A DNA stretch of 64,000 nt, taken from Desulfobacterales bacterium (GTDB taxonomy: Bacteria; Desulfobacterota; Desulfobacteria; Desulfobacterales; JAQWFD01). This document shows, piece after piece, positions 1-9,802 of this stretch (the first letter of the stretch is position 1; the number at the start of each line of letters is the position of its first letter). The stretch lies in the NCBI GenBank assembly GCA_028704555.1, contig JAQWFD010000008.1, positions 14,608-78,607 of the forward strand. Direction: 5' to 3'. Below the pieces are notes generated by a model. The model worked only from the letters and a program-made list of their open reading frames with translations. It had not been told where the DNA came from and searched no databases. The translations under genes were made by a program, and so were the position numbers.

Positions 1-941
1 GCCGAGAAAGCGGCTAAAGAGGCCGAGAAAAACCGCTGGACCATAAACAGATTGTGGGATCTGTATTGTGAAAACAATTCCCAAAACAAATCTCTGAATA
101 ACGAAAAACTGAAATATGAAAAGTATCTGCGGGCCGGACTTGGAGAAAAAGAACCTGGCAAACTACTACCGATAGACACAGAGCGTCTCAGGCTGAAATT
201 GCAAAAAAAAGGCAAGCTGACCATGGCGGCCAGAGTGCTTGAACTGCTGCGGCGGTCAATTAATTACGGGATAAAGCGCGGCTTGGTTCCCCCAATCAGT
301 TTTAAAATTGAAGTGCCACGGCTGAATAATACGACTACTGAGGATTTGAGCCCGGAACAAATTAAAAAGCTTATGGAGGTTCTTGGCGCGGATAAAGATC
401 AGACCGCGGCAAATGTAATGAGGCTTGCCCTGTTTACCGGCATGAGGCGCGGCGAGATATTTAAACTCAAATGGGAAGATCTTGACTTCAGGCGCGGCTT
501 TATCACTTTGCGAGACCCCAAGGGCGGTGTAAATCAGTCAATTCCCATGAACGATGAAGCCCGGGGCGTTTTTGAGAGTATTAAGCAGGCTGATGGAAGC
601 GATTATGTTTTTCCAGGCAGGATCCCGGGGCAGCACCTTACCGATTGTCATAAAAGCTTTGTCCGCATTGCAAAGGACGCCGGTTTTCCCATGGGGTTTA
701 GACCGCTGCACGGATTACGCCATGTATACGCTTCCATGCTGGCTTCAAGTGGTGAGGTGGACATGCACACGTCCTACAGCGGCTTCTTTGCCATAAAAGC
801 CCACTCATGACGCAACGATATAGCCATTTACGGGACGATTCACTCCGAAAGGCATCTAATCTTGCCGGTAGTATCATCAGCCAGGCCGCAAATCAAAAAG
901 AGCCTGAACAAGTCGTGAATCTGGAGGATCGACGGAAATAA
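1..941 (+). pseudogene. Tyrosine recombinase (phage-type integrase); 5' end beyond window, C-terminus frameshifted
   Basis: Frame 1 is open from base 1. Box I ALFTGMRRGE and box II HGLRHVYAS are present. Frame 1 stops at 808-810, but the conserved tail LQRLLCHKSPLMTQRYSHL (catalytic Tyr) continues only in frame 3 to the stop at 939-941. The junction is at cacac, 766-770, and looks like a 2-bp CA insertion. Confidence 0.7.
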
Positions 942-1044
942 CCATTTAATTCAGAAATAACATCAATGGTTACTAAAAACCGACGGTGATATAAATATAT
1001 CGGCGATATTGTATTTTTTATAATATTTTAAGATATTTATCTTT

Positions 1045-1080
1045 AGGCCAAGGCTGTTAAAAGTCTTGGCCTTTTTTGTT
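1045..1080 (+). terminator. Rho-independent terminator downstream of integrase
   Basis: aggccaag(gct)...(agt)cttggcct stem followed by tttttt at 1072-1077. Confidence 0.65.
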
Positions 1081-1423
1081 TTTACATAATTTTTTATACA
1101 CATGCAGTATGTAAAATCAAAATGTGGCTGAAGCTTCACGCAGAGTTGCTTGAAGAGCGGGCATTGATAGATGGATACAGGATGCTGAAACTTAGATAGA
1201 TTCAGAGTGTTTATTGATAAGCCTGGGCAAACCGAGAAAATGCCAACGTCAGAACGCCTGCATTAAACGGGTCTTAAAAATCAAACGAGAACAGGCCACC
1301 CCAAACGCCACTGGCTTCACCCTGAATCCGCCCGGCGGAGTGCGATGTTTTTGTGGAGCGGTTCATCACAGCATAGCAGGAACCACACAAAATCTTTCAT
1401 ATAGTGGCGGTTCTGGCTCAGAA

Positions 1424-1621
1424 ATGATATGTCCTCATTGTCAGACGAGAGGATCCGTAACCACTAAGAAAGTTAAGAAGAAGAAAGGCATCAGTGGGGC
1501 CAAAACAACCGGAGCCCTTCTCACTTTTGGTTGGTCTCTTTTTGCGACAGGCTTGTCTCGTAAAGAAGAAGAGACTGAGGCGCACTGCGGCGCTTGTGGC
1601 GCGACGTGGCATTACTCGTGA
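1424..1621 (+). CDS. Small zinc-ribbon protein with a hydrophobic segment (65 aa if ATG 1424 is used)
   Basis: MICPHCQ...HCGACGATW gives two CxxC pairs. A Lys-rich stretch and the hydrophobic GALLTFGWSLFATGL lie between them. The tracked ORF starts at 1214, but its N-terminal 70 aa look non-protein-like. The RBS before 1424 is weak. Confidence 0.45.
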   Translation: MICPHCQTRGSVTTKKVKKKKGISGAKTTGALLTFGWSLFATGLSRKEEETEAHCGACGATWHYS

Positions 1622-1784
1622 TCATGTATTAAAAGTACATAAAAGCGGCTAACGACCGGGTGCACTGGATCGCCCAAACGGCGGGCTCCCAGTGACCCAG
1701 GCGTTATCTGCAAAAAGCAACCAACTCTGCGCCAGAGTGTAGTGTTATGAAAAAGTGGCAAAAACTAAATCAAAAGGACAATAG

Positions 1785-3335
1785 ATGAGTAAAGAACAAG
1801 AACGCGCAGAACTACACCGTACCATCTGGCAGATTGCCAATGATTTGCGTGGTAGTGTCGATGGCTGGGATTTTAAGCAGTATGTGCTTGGAATGCTTTT
1901 CTATCGTTTTATCAGCGAAAACCTTACCAATTATATCAATGCCAATGAACCTGAAGAAGGTTTTGAGTATGCTAAACTCTCCGACAGTGATGCTGAGTTT
2001 GGACGCGCAGATACGGTAAAAGAGAAAGGCTTTTATATTCTGCCCAGTGAGCTTTTTTTTAATGTGGCTAAAAATGCCGCAAATGACTCCAACCTCAATG
2101 AAACCCTTGCCGCTATTTTTCGCGATATTGAAAGTTCCGCCAAAGGCACTGAGAGTGAAGATGACCTCAAGGGGCTGTTTGATGATCTGGATGTCAACTC
2201 CAATAAAATAGGCGCTACCGTAGAGAAGCGTAACAAACAACTGGCCAAACTGCTCACTGCTATTGCGGGATTGAAACTTGGCTCATCTAACAACACCATC
2301 GACGCTTTTGGTGACACTTATGAATATCTGATGAGCATGTACGCCTCCAGTGCCGGAAAATCAGGGGGTGAATTCTTTACCCCGCAGGAGGTGAGTGAAC
2401 TTCTGGCGGAGATAAGCACCGTGGGTAAAACACAGGTCAACAAAGTGTATGACCCTGCCTGTGGCTCCGGCTCTCTGCTGCTTAAATTTGCCAAGGTTCT
2501 GGGCAAAGAGAATGTGCGGGGCGGTTTTTATGGACAGGAGATCAATCTGACCACCTACAACCTCTGCCGCATCAATATGTTTCTGCACGACATCAACTAC
2601 AACCATTTTGATATCGCTAACGGAGATACCCTGATCGATCCCTACCACTGGGACGATGAGCCCTTTGATGCGATTGTCTCCAATCCCCCTTATTCGATTA
2701 AATGGGAGGGCAAAAACAACCCGCTGCTTATCAACGATCCCCGTTTCTCCCCCGCAGGTGTGCTGGCCCCGCCCAGCAAGGCAGATCTTGCCTTTACCAT
2801 GCACATGCTCTCCTGGCTCTCAACATCAGGCACAGCAGCGATTGTTGAGTTCCCCGGTGTGCTTTATCGTGGTGGTGCCGAGCAGAAGATTAGAAAATAT
2901 CTGATAGACAACAACTATATTGATGCGGTGATCCAGCTGCCGCCAGATCTGTTTTTTGGTACCACCATTGCCACCTGCATCATCGTTTTAAAAAAGAGCA
3001 AAAAAGACAACAAAACCCTGTTTATTGATGCCTCTGCCGAGTTTGTCCGCGGTGGCAATAAAAACAAACTCAGTGATGAAAACCGCCAAAAGATTTTAAC
3101 GGCCTTTAAAAACCGTGAAGACAGTGAATATTTTGCCAGGCTGGTAGATAACCAGAAAATCGGCGAAAATGACTATAACATCGCCGTCTCAAGTTACGTG
3201 GTGCAGGAAGATACCCGCGAGATGATTGATATTCAAAAACTCAACGCCGAGATTGTCGGCATTGTTGCCCGGCAAAATGAACTGCGTAAAGCGATTGATG
3301 AAATTGTCGCTGATTTGGAGGGAAGCCGGCAATGA
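1785..3335 (+). CDS. hsdM: Type I restriction-modification system, DNA methyltransferase subunit M
   Basis: N-terminal HsdM domain (IWQIANDLRG). AdoMet motif DPACGSGSLLL. Catalytic N6-adenine motif SNPPYSIKW. The stop overlaps the next ATG (ATGA). Confidence 0.95.
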   Translation: MSKEQERAELHRTIWQIANDLRGSVDGWDFKQYVLGMLFYRFISENLTNYINANEPEEGFEYAKLSDSDAEFGRADTVKEKGFYILPSELFFNVAKNAANDSNLNETLAAIFRDIESSAKGTESEDDLKGLFDDLDVNSNKIGATVEKRNKQLAKLLTAIAGLKLGSSNNTIDAFGDTYEYLMSMYASSAGKSGGEFFTPQEVSELLAEISTVGKTQVNKVYDPACGSGSLLLKFAKVLGKENVRGGFYGQEINLTTYNLCRINMFLHDINYNHFDIANGDTLIDPYHWDDEPFDAIVSNPPYSIKWEGKNNPLLINDPRFSPAGVLAPPSKADLAFTMHMLSWLSTSGTAAIVEFPGVLYRGGAEQKIRKYLIDNNYIDAVIQLPPDLFFGTTIATCIIVLKKSKKDNKTLFIDASAEFVRGGNKNKLSDENRQKILTAFKNREDSEYFARLVDNQKIGENDYNIAVSSYVVQEDTREMIDIQKLNAEIVGIVARQNELRKAIDEIVADLEGSRQ

Positions 3336-4357
3336 AAGAAAAGCAAAAAAATAATATCCTTATTTATAAAACCGAAAACGGAAAAACGGACATTACCGTT
3401 CGTCTTGAAAACGAGGATGTATGGTTAAGCCAACAACAAATGGCGGAACTCTACCAAACATCACGAACGAATGTCGTCGAACACATCAAGCACATTTTTG
3501 AAGAAGAGGAATTGGCCGAGGAGACAACCTGTCGGAAATTCCGACAGGTTCAAAAAGAAGGCGGCAGAAATGTAAAAAGGGAAATTCCCTTTTATAACCT
3601 CGATATGATCATTTCCCTCGGGTATCGGATTAAATCCCGTATTGCCACCAGCTTCAGGATATGGGCGACAAAACGATTGAATGAGTACATCCGCAAAGGT
3701 TTCACCATGGATGACGAGCGGCTTAAAAATCTGGGCGGTGGAAACTACTGGAAAGAATTACTTGAGCGTATCCGTGATATTCGAAGCAGTGAAAAAGTGC
3801 TTTATCGGCAAGTGCTGGATCTTTACGCTACGAGTGTGGATTACAATCCAAAAAGCAACGAATCAATTGCATTTTTCAAAACCGTGCAAAACAAACTGCA
3901 CTACGCCACCAACAAGCAGACAGCCGCAGAGACTATTTACTCTCGCGCCGATGCCGAAAAAGATTTTATGGGACTCTTAAACTTTAGCGGTTTAAGACCC
4001 ACCAAAGCAGAAACCGCAATCGCCAAAAATTATCTCAATGAAGATGAGCTGTTTCGCCTGAACCGCATGGTGTCGGCATTTTTTGACCTTGCTGAAATCA
4101 AAGCCAGGGAACATACCCAAATGCGGATGAAAGATTGGGTGGCGGAACTTGATAAATTTGCCGAAATCTACGGCAAAGGCGTACTTGCAGATGCAGGAAA
4201 AGTAAGCCACAGGCAGGCAACAGAAAAAGCCGAAAATGAGTACCGACAATATCAGGTAAAAACACTCTCTCCTGTAGAAAAAGCCTATCTGGATAGCATT
4301 AAAACCGTGCAGAAAAAGATTGAGAAGAAGGCAAAAGATGAGAACCGCCATGACTAA
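3332..4357 (+). CDS. rhuM: RhuM-family (virulence RhuM) protein embedded in the R-M operon
   Basis: The N-terminus ILIYKTENGKTDITVRLENEDVWLSQQQMAELYQTSRTNVVEHIKHIF and YNLDMIISLGYRIKS are typical of the RhuM family as I recall it. It overlaps hsdM (4 bp) and hsdS. Confidence 0.8.
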   Translation: MKEKQKNNILIYKTENGKTDITVRLENEDVWLSQQQMAELYQTSRTNVVEHIKHIFEEEELAEETTCRKFRQVQKEGGRNVKREIPFYNLDMIISLGYRIKSRIATSFRIWATKRLNEYIRKGFTMDDERLKNLGGGNYWKELLERIRDIRSSEKVLYRQVLDLYATSVDYNPKSNESIAFFKTVQNKLHYATNKQTAAETIYSRADAEKDFMGLLNFSGLRPTKAETAIAKNYLNEDELFRLNRMVSAFFDLAEIKAREHTQMRMKDWVAELDKFAEIYGKGVLADAGKVSHRQATEKAENEYRQYQVKTLSPVEKAYLDSIKTVQKKIEKKAKDENRHD

Positions 4358-5489
4358 GCCCATGAATAAAATAGACCTGCCTGCCGCGCCAACGGCGCAG
4401 GTAGGGAAATTGATTGAGGAATTTTGTCCGCAGGGGGTGCAGTTTCGGGCATTGGGTGAGGTTTACAAGTTCAATTACGGAAAAGGGAATACTATTCCTA
4501 CAGTTGGTGGTCAATATCCTGTTTATGGGAGCAATGGTGTTGTTGGAACACATAATGAGTTCAATAGTGAAAATTCTCCAGTAATTGGGCATATTGGCGC
4601 ATATGCTGGAATCGTCAACTGGGGACATGGTAAACATTACGTCACATACAACGGAGTTATATGCAAAATAATAGCCGATTTTGTAACTCCAAAATATGCT
4701 TACTATCAATTATTGAAACAAGACTTTAATTCGATGGCGCATAGTGCATCCCAACCTTTTGTTTCATATGACATGCTCAACAAAGTCCAAATCCCCATCC
4801 CACCCCTCACCATCCAAAAAGAGATTGTCAAAATCCTTGATAATTTCACCCAGCTGGAAGCAGAGCTGGAAGCAGAGCTGGAAGCGAGAAAAAAGCAGTA
4901 TGAGCATTATCGTGAGGCGCTTTTGAGCTTTGGGGATGATGTGGAGTTTCGGGCGTTGGGGGAGGTTTGTAAGTTTCTTCGAGGGTCAGCTATTACAAAG
5001 AAAAAAACGTCGGTTGGAGAAATTCCGGTTGTTGCAAATGCACCTGGACCTATTTGCTTCCATGGCGAAAGCAACAGAACAGGAGAAACAATTGTTGTTT
5101 CTAGATCTGGCGCTTATTGTGGGCTGGTTAGTTTTTGGAATCAGCCGATATTTATTACAGATGCGTTCAGTATTTATTTGGAAACTACTTTGCTTAAACC
5201 AAAATTTATTTATTACTTTTTGAAGAAAAATCAAAAAACGATTCATTCCATGAAGAAAGGTTTTGGAGTGCCACATGTTCGTGTGAAGGACTTTGAAACA
5301 TACTCTATCCCCATCCCACCCCTATCCAAGCAAAAAGAGATCGTCGCCATCCTCGATAAATTCGATGCCCTAGTCAACGACATTTCAACGGGTCTGCCCG
5401 CAGAGATCGCCGCCCGCAAAAAACAGTATGAATACTATCGCAACCAGCTACTAACCTTTAAACCACTGGAGGCACAGGATGCCAACTGA
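4350..5489 (+). CDS. hsdS: Type I R-M specificity subunit S (two target recognition domains)
   Basis: Two divergent TRDs are each preceded by FRALGEV. Each is followed by the conserved IPIPPL(T/S)xQKEIVxILD...ARKKQYE(H/Y)YR. ATG 4350 overlaps the rhuM stop; alternative in-frame starts are 4320 and 4338. Confidence 0.9.
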   Translation: MTKPMNKIDLPAAPTAQVGKLIEEFCPQGVQFRALGEVYKFNYGKGNTIPTVGGQYPVYGSNGVVGTHNEFNSENSPVIGHIGAYAGIVNWGHGKHYVTYNGVICKIIADFVTPKYAYYQLLKQDFNSMAHSASQPFVSYDMLNKVQIPIPPLTIQKEIVKILDNFTQLEAELEAELEARKKQYEHYREALLSFGDDVEFRALGEVCKFLRGSAITKKKTSVGEIPVVANAPGPICFHGESNRTGETIVVSRSGAYCGLVSFWNQPIFITDAFSIYLETTLLKPKFIYYFLKKNQKTIHSMKKGFGVPHVRVKDFETYSIPIPPLSKQKEIVAILDKFDALVNDISTGLPAEIAARKKQYEYYRNQLLTFKPLEAQDAN

Positions 5490-8400
5490 TTACAGTTACA
5501 ATCTGGTTGCCCAAAACCCGACCAGCACGGTGGTGGCAAAGTATCCGCCAGAGGGTGTGAGTGAGGTGCGGGAAAAACGGGCAGAATATTACCAAAGCGA
5601 AGATGCCCTGGAAAAAGCGTTTATCAAGCAACTTGAACTACAGGCATACGAGTATCTACCGATCACCGATGCCAAGGCACTTGAAGACAATCTGCGAACC
5701 CAGCTGGAAAAGCTCAATAACTATTCGTTTACATCAAGCGAGTGGGAGCGGTTTTTTAATACGGAACTTGCCAACCCCAACCAGAGCATTGTTGAAAAAA
5801 CCACCACTATTGCAGAAGACCATATCAAGAACCTGACACTTGAAAACGGCACGGTAAAAAACATCTATCTGCTGGACAAGAAAAACATCCACAACAATCA
5901 GCTACAGGTGATCAACCAATACGCCACTGATGCGGGGAAGCGATCCAACCGCTACGATGTGACGGTGCTGGTTAATGGTCTGCCGATGGTGCATATTGAG
6001 CTGAAACGTCGAGGTGTGGCGATTACCGAGGCGTTTAACCAGATTAACCGCTATGCCCGTGAGAGCTTCTGGGCAGACAGCGGACTGTTTGAGTTTGTGC
6101 AGCTCTTTGTTATCTCCAACGGCACCCATACCAAGTATTACAGCAATACCACCCGTGCCAGGCACATTAAAGAGGGCGGCAAATCTACTGCAAAAAAAGG
6201 CAAAAAAAGCAGCAACAGTTTTGAGTTTACCAGTTGGTGGGCGGATGCCACCAACAGGCCCATTACCGACTTGATGGACTTTGCTAAAACCTTTTTTGCC
6301 AAACATGCCCTGCTCAATATCCTCACCCGCTACTGCGTGTTTACCTCAGACAAGGAGCTGATGGTGATGCGACCTTATCAGATCGTTGCCACCGAGCGTA
6401 TTCTCAGCCGCATAGAGATCAGCACCAACGCCAGAACTCTGGGTAAATTAGAAGCGGGGGGTTATATCTGGCACACCACAGGGTCGGGCAAAACGTTGAC
6501 CAGCTTTAAGACAGCGCAACTGGCAAGCCGACTGCCTCATATCGACAAGGTGCTGTTTGTGGTGGATAGAAAAGATCTCGATTATCAAACCATGCGCGAA
6601 TATGACAAGTTTGAAAAAGGGGCGGCCAACAGCAACACCAGCACTCAGATTCTTACCCGACAACTTGGAAACCCGAATGCAAACATCATCATCACCACGA
6701 TTCAGAAGCTGGACCGTTTTATCAAGAAAAACAAAGGACATGCGATTTTCAGTGATCATATTGTGATTATCTTTGATGAATGCCACCGCAGCCAGTTCGG
6801 TGATATGCATACCGGCATCACAAAAACATTCAAAAACTATCACCTGTTCGGATTTACCGGCACACCGATTTTTGCAAAAAATTCCAGCTCCGGTGGTAGA
6901 GCCGATCTTAAAACCACCGAACAGGCTTTTGGCGACAAGCTTCACACCTATACCATTGTTGATGCCATTGCCGATAAAAACGTTCTCCCCTTCAAGGTGG
7001 ATTACATCTCCACCATGCGGGAAGAGGAAAATATCGAAGATAAGAAGATAAGCGGTATTGACCGTGAGGCGGCACTCTCATCTGCTGAACGTCTGAGCAA
7101 TATTGTGGGTTATATCCTTGAGCATTTTAATCAAAAGACAAAACGAAATAATAAGTTTTATTTTCATCGTGTCACAAAAAATATCAATGAAATTGTAAGT
7201 GCGAAAGACCGGAGAAAAGTTGAAAGGATTATGGCGCAAATTCGCCTGTCGGGGTTTAACTCTATTTTTGCTGTTTCATCCATTGATACCGCAAAAAAAT
7301 ATTATGTTGAATTTAAAAAGCAACTTGAGGGCGTGCCCAGTGACAGGCAGCTCAAAATAGCCACCATCTTTAGTTATAGTGCCAACGAGGAGGAGACAGA
7401 CGGGTTTCTTGATGATGAAAACTCAGAAAACACGACAGGGCTGGATGCCAGCTCACGAGATTTTTTAGACAGTGCAATCAGCGACTATAACCAGATGTTC
7501 GGCACCTCTTATGATACTTCAACCGATAAATTTCAAAACTACTACAAAGATTTAAGCGAGCGGGTAAAAAACCGTGAAGTGGATATTCTAATTGTAGTGA
7601 ATATGTTTTTGACAGGTTTTGACGCAACCACCCTGAATACCCTGTGGGTGGATAAGAATCTGCGCCTGCACGGTTTGCTGCAGGCCTATTCACGCACCAA
7701 CCGAATCCTGAACAGCGTTAAAACATTCGGCAATATTGTCTGCTTCCGCAATCTTGAAAAAGCCACCAACGAGTCAATAGCCTTGTTTGGTGATAAAGAG
7801 GCTGGCGGTTTGGTGCTGTTAAAATCGTATGATGATTACTACAACGGCTACCAGAATGAGGATAAAGAGGTTCGAGGCTACAAAAGCATGATTGACGAAC
7901 TGCTGGAAAAATATCCTGCAGGTGAGCAAATCATCAGCGAACAAGCCCAGAAGGATTTTATCAGACTCTATGGCGCTATTTTGCGGATGCGAAATATTCT
8001 GACCGCTTTTGATGAATTTACGGGCAATGAGATTTTAACCGAGCGTGATTTGCAGGACTATCACAGCAAATACATTGATCTCTATAACCAGTTACGCAAA
8101 ACCGGTGAGGCAGACAAAGAGAACATCAACGATGATCTGGTGTTTGAAATGGAGCTTATCAAGCAGATAGAGATCAACATTGACTATATTCTCTCACTGA
8201 TTAAGCAGTATCACGAAAAACATACGGAAGATAAGGAGATTCTGGTTGATATCAATAAGGCGATTGATTCAAGCGTTGAGCTGCGTAACAAAAAAGAGCT
8301 TATCAACCAGTTTATTACCTCTCTTGACGTGGGGGCAAATATTGATGAAGATTGGCAGAAATTTGTCAACAAGCGGAAAATTGAGGAGCTTGAGCAGATT

Positions 8401-8622
8401 ATTAGAGATGAAAACCTTAACCGTGATGCCGCTTACACCTTTGTGAACAATGCTTTTCGTGATGGTTATATTGCAACCGGCGGCACCGCTATTACAACGG
8501 TTATACCATCTGTATCCAGGTTTAGTAAAACGGGTGAACGAACCCAAAAACGAGAGAGCGTTCTAAGCAGGCTTACTCAATTTTTTGAACGATTTTTTAA
8601 TATCTCCAATGAGGCATTGTAG
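5479..8622 (+). CDS. hsdR: Type I restriction enzyme R subunit (SF2 helicase/nuclease)
   Basis: 1047 aa. Walker A HTTGSGKTLT and DEAH-type FDECHRSQ are present. Typical HsdR N-terminus. Overlaps hsdS by 11 bp. Confidence 0.95.
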   Translation: MPTDYSYNLVAQNPTSTVVAKYPPEGVSEVREKRAEYYQSEDALEKAFIKQLELQAYEYLPITDAKALEDNLRTQLEKLNNYSFTSSEWERFFNTELANPNQSIVEKTTTIAEDHIKNLTLENGTVKNIYLLDKKNIHNNQLQVINQYATDAGKRSNRYDVTVLVNGLPMVHIELKRRGVAITEAFNQINRYARESFWADSGLFEFVQLFVISNGTHTKYYSNTTRARHIKEGGKSTAKKGKKSSNSFEFTSWWADATNRPITDLMDFAKTFFAKHALLNILTRYCVFTSDKELMVMRPYQIVATERILSRIEISTNARTLGKLEAGGYIWHTTGSGKTLTSFKTAQLASRLPHIDKVLFVVDRKDLDYQTMREYDKFEKGAANSNTSTQILTRQLGNPNANIIITTIQKLDRFIKKNKGHAIFSDHIVIIFDECHRSQFGDMHTGITKTFKNYHLFGFTGTPIFAKNSSSGGRADLKTTEQAFGDKLHTYTIVDAIADKNVLPFKVDYISTMREEENIEDKKISGIDREAALSSAERLSNIVGYILEHFNQKTKRNNKFYFHRVTKNINEIVSAKDRRKVERIMAQIRLSGFNSIFAVSSIDTAKKYYVEFKKQLEGVPSDRQLKIATIFSYSANEEETDGFLDDENSENTTGLDASSRDFLDSAISDYNQMFGTSYDTSTDKFQNYYKDLSERVKNREVDILIVVNMFLTGFDATTLNTLWVDKNLRLHGLLQAYSRTNRILNSVKTFGNIVCFRNLEKATNESIALFGDKEAGGLVLLKSYDDYYNGYQNEDKEVRGYKSMIDELLEKYPAGEQIISEQAQKDFIRLYGAILRMRNILTAFDEFTGNEILTERDLQDYHSKYIDLYNQLRKTGEADKENINDDLVFEMELIKQIEINIDYILSLIKQYHEKHTEDKEILVDINKAIDSSVELRNKKELINQFITSLDVGANIDEDWQKFVNKRKIEELEQIIRDENLNRDAAYTFVNNAFRDGYIATGGTAITTVIPSVSRFSKTGERTQKRESVLSRLTQFFERFFNISNEAL

Positions 8623-8636
8623 TGAATACAGATAAC

Positions 8637-8686
8637 GAATAAGGTTAGATTGTGAGAGCGGAGCGAACCACAATCTAACCTTATTC
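8637..8686. repeat. Perfect 18-bp inverted repeat (stem-loop) just after hsdR
   Basis: gaataaggttagattgtg (8637-8654), a 14-nt loop, then cacaatctaaccttattc (8669-8686). No U-tract on either side. Confidence 0.8.
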
Positions 8687-9288
8687 GATAGGCAGGAACG
8701 GCGGCTTGGCAGGAAAACGTCTATTAAACGTATAGTAATTTGACGCCATGAAATTATAGACTTTCAGATTTTTATCCAGTGTTGGCGGGGGTTTTCGGCA
8801 AATAGAACCGACAAAACACCTTCACGGGTTATAGACACGACGCATGACCGCTTTTGACCAGTAGGGGGGCAAATCTCTACATCATATGGATGATAAACCG
8901 TTGTGCCAGCTATTTTCTTGCGAGTACAAAATAACGATAAGAGCGCGGCACTGATGGAGATCCCGGACCCCAGGCTGTCCCGGCAGGAGTTCACGACGTT
9001 GAGGAGCATTGCCGGGATTGGCTACTGAAGAGCAATTCCCTTATACACAATGAAATATGATCTACATATCCGAAGAAATCTATTTATTCAGGTATTGGCA
9101 AGTTATGTTGCGAGTTTAGATATGTTGTGAGTTTTAATTTAATTCCATCTCCTTCCTTGTTTTAGCCTCTTCATGTCCTTTACGCAAATATTTTATATTA
9201 TCCCTCGGGTTGTCTGACTCAATCTCGACGATAAACAGATAAAGGTACATTCTATATTTATATCAATTACTGAGTGCATGTTAAGTAA

Positions 9289-9450
9289 CGAATAGTGTAA
9301 CGCCTATTGGGAACTTTTTTTACACAACATACCCCGCCTATAATAATTTGAAATACCCCGCTGAATAAGCCGCTTAAGCATATTTTGCTAAGACGAAACG
9401 AACCGTTACACTATTTTGTGAATTGGAAAAAATAGGCGTTACACTATTCG
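9289..9450. repeat. 20-bp perfect inverted repeat pair about 120 bp apart, plus a third partial copy
   Basis: cgaatagtgtaacgcctatt (9289-9308) is the reverse complement of aataggcgttacactattcg (9431-9450). A partial direct copy cgttacactatt lies at 9404-9415. Confidence 0.85.
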
Positions 9451-9774
9451 CATCTTAATAAATACATTTTTAAACCGCCGCTAACAAACTGCGAGGCCGG
9501 TGACAATTCATGCGCCGAATTTACCGAAAAGAGCATAATTTACCCCGTTTTCGTTTTCCACTGATAACTGGATCAAAACGGTCAATCTGATATTGAAAAT
9601 GAAAATCAGCTCGATACTATATATAGATTTTATCTTTTTTTGCATAACAATATATAGTGTGTTCATATTTCTAAAACCAAGAAAATGCAAATTTTTCAAA
9701 TAGTTATACTATATTCTTATTTATAAATCATTATAACCCTCTTTATTTTACGCCGATTTCGACGTATTATTCTC

Positions 9775-9802
9775 TTGACACCTGATATTACGATATTATA
9801 TT
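9775..9802 (+). promoter_or_regulatory. Sigma70-like promoter candidate for the XRE/ImmA operon, with adjacent imperfect palindrome
   Basis: TTGACA (9775-9780), 16-nt spacer, TATATT (9797-9802), about 80 nt before ATG 9885. The palindrome TACGcCGAt|tTCGaCGTA at 9749-9766 abuts the -35. TTACG recurs at 9788 and 9812. Confidence 0.4.

Noticed and set aside
8764-9009. 81-aa minus-strand ORF after hsdR, and other frames there with a faint toxin-like look
   Set aside because: It has no RBS, no start context and no motif I can name. An alternative frame (..LPGQPGVRDLHQCRALIVILYSQENSWHNG..) has no Met. It may be debris of an old gene, but this is not supportable.
9104-9137. Tandem 17-mers, considered as a possible CRISPR or iteron array
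   Set aside because: There are only two adjacent copies with no spacers and no cas genes, so it is not a CRISPR array. It is kept only as part of the AT-rich repeat block finding.
9508-9699. 63-aa minus-strand ORF with a hydrophobic core, considered as a small toxin divergent from the XRE gene
   Set aside because: It has a TTG start with no SD and a low-complexity AT-driven composition (Ile/Phe/Asn/Lys). Nothing distinguishes it from a random ORF in AT-rich DNA.
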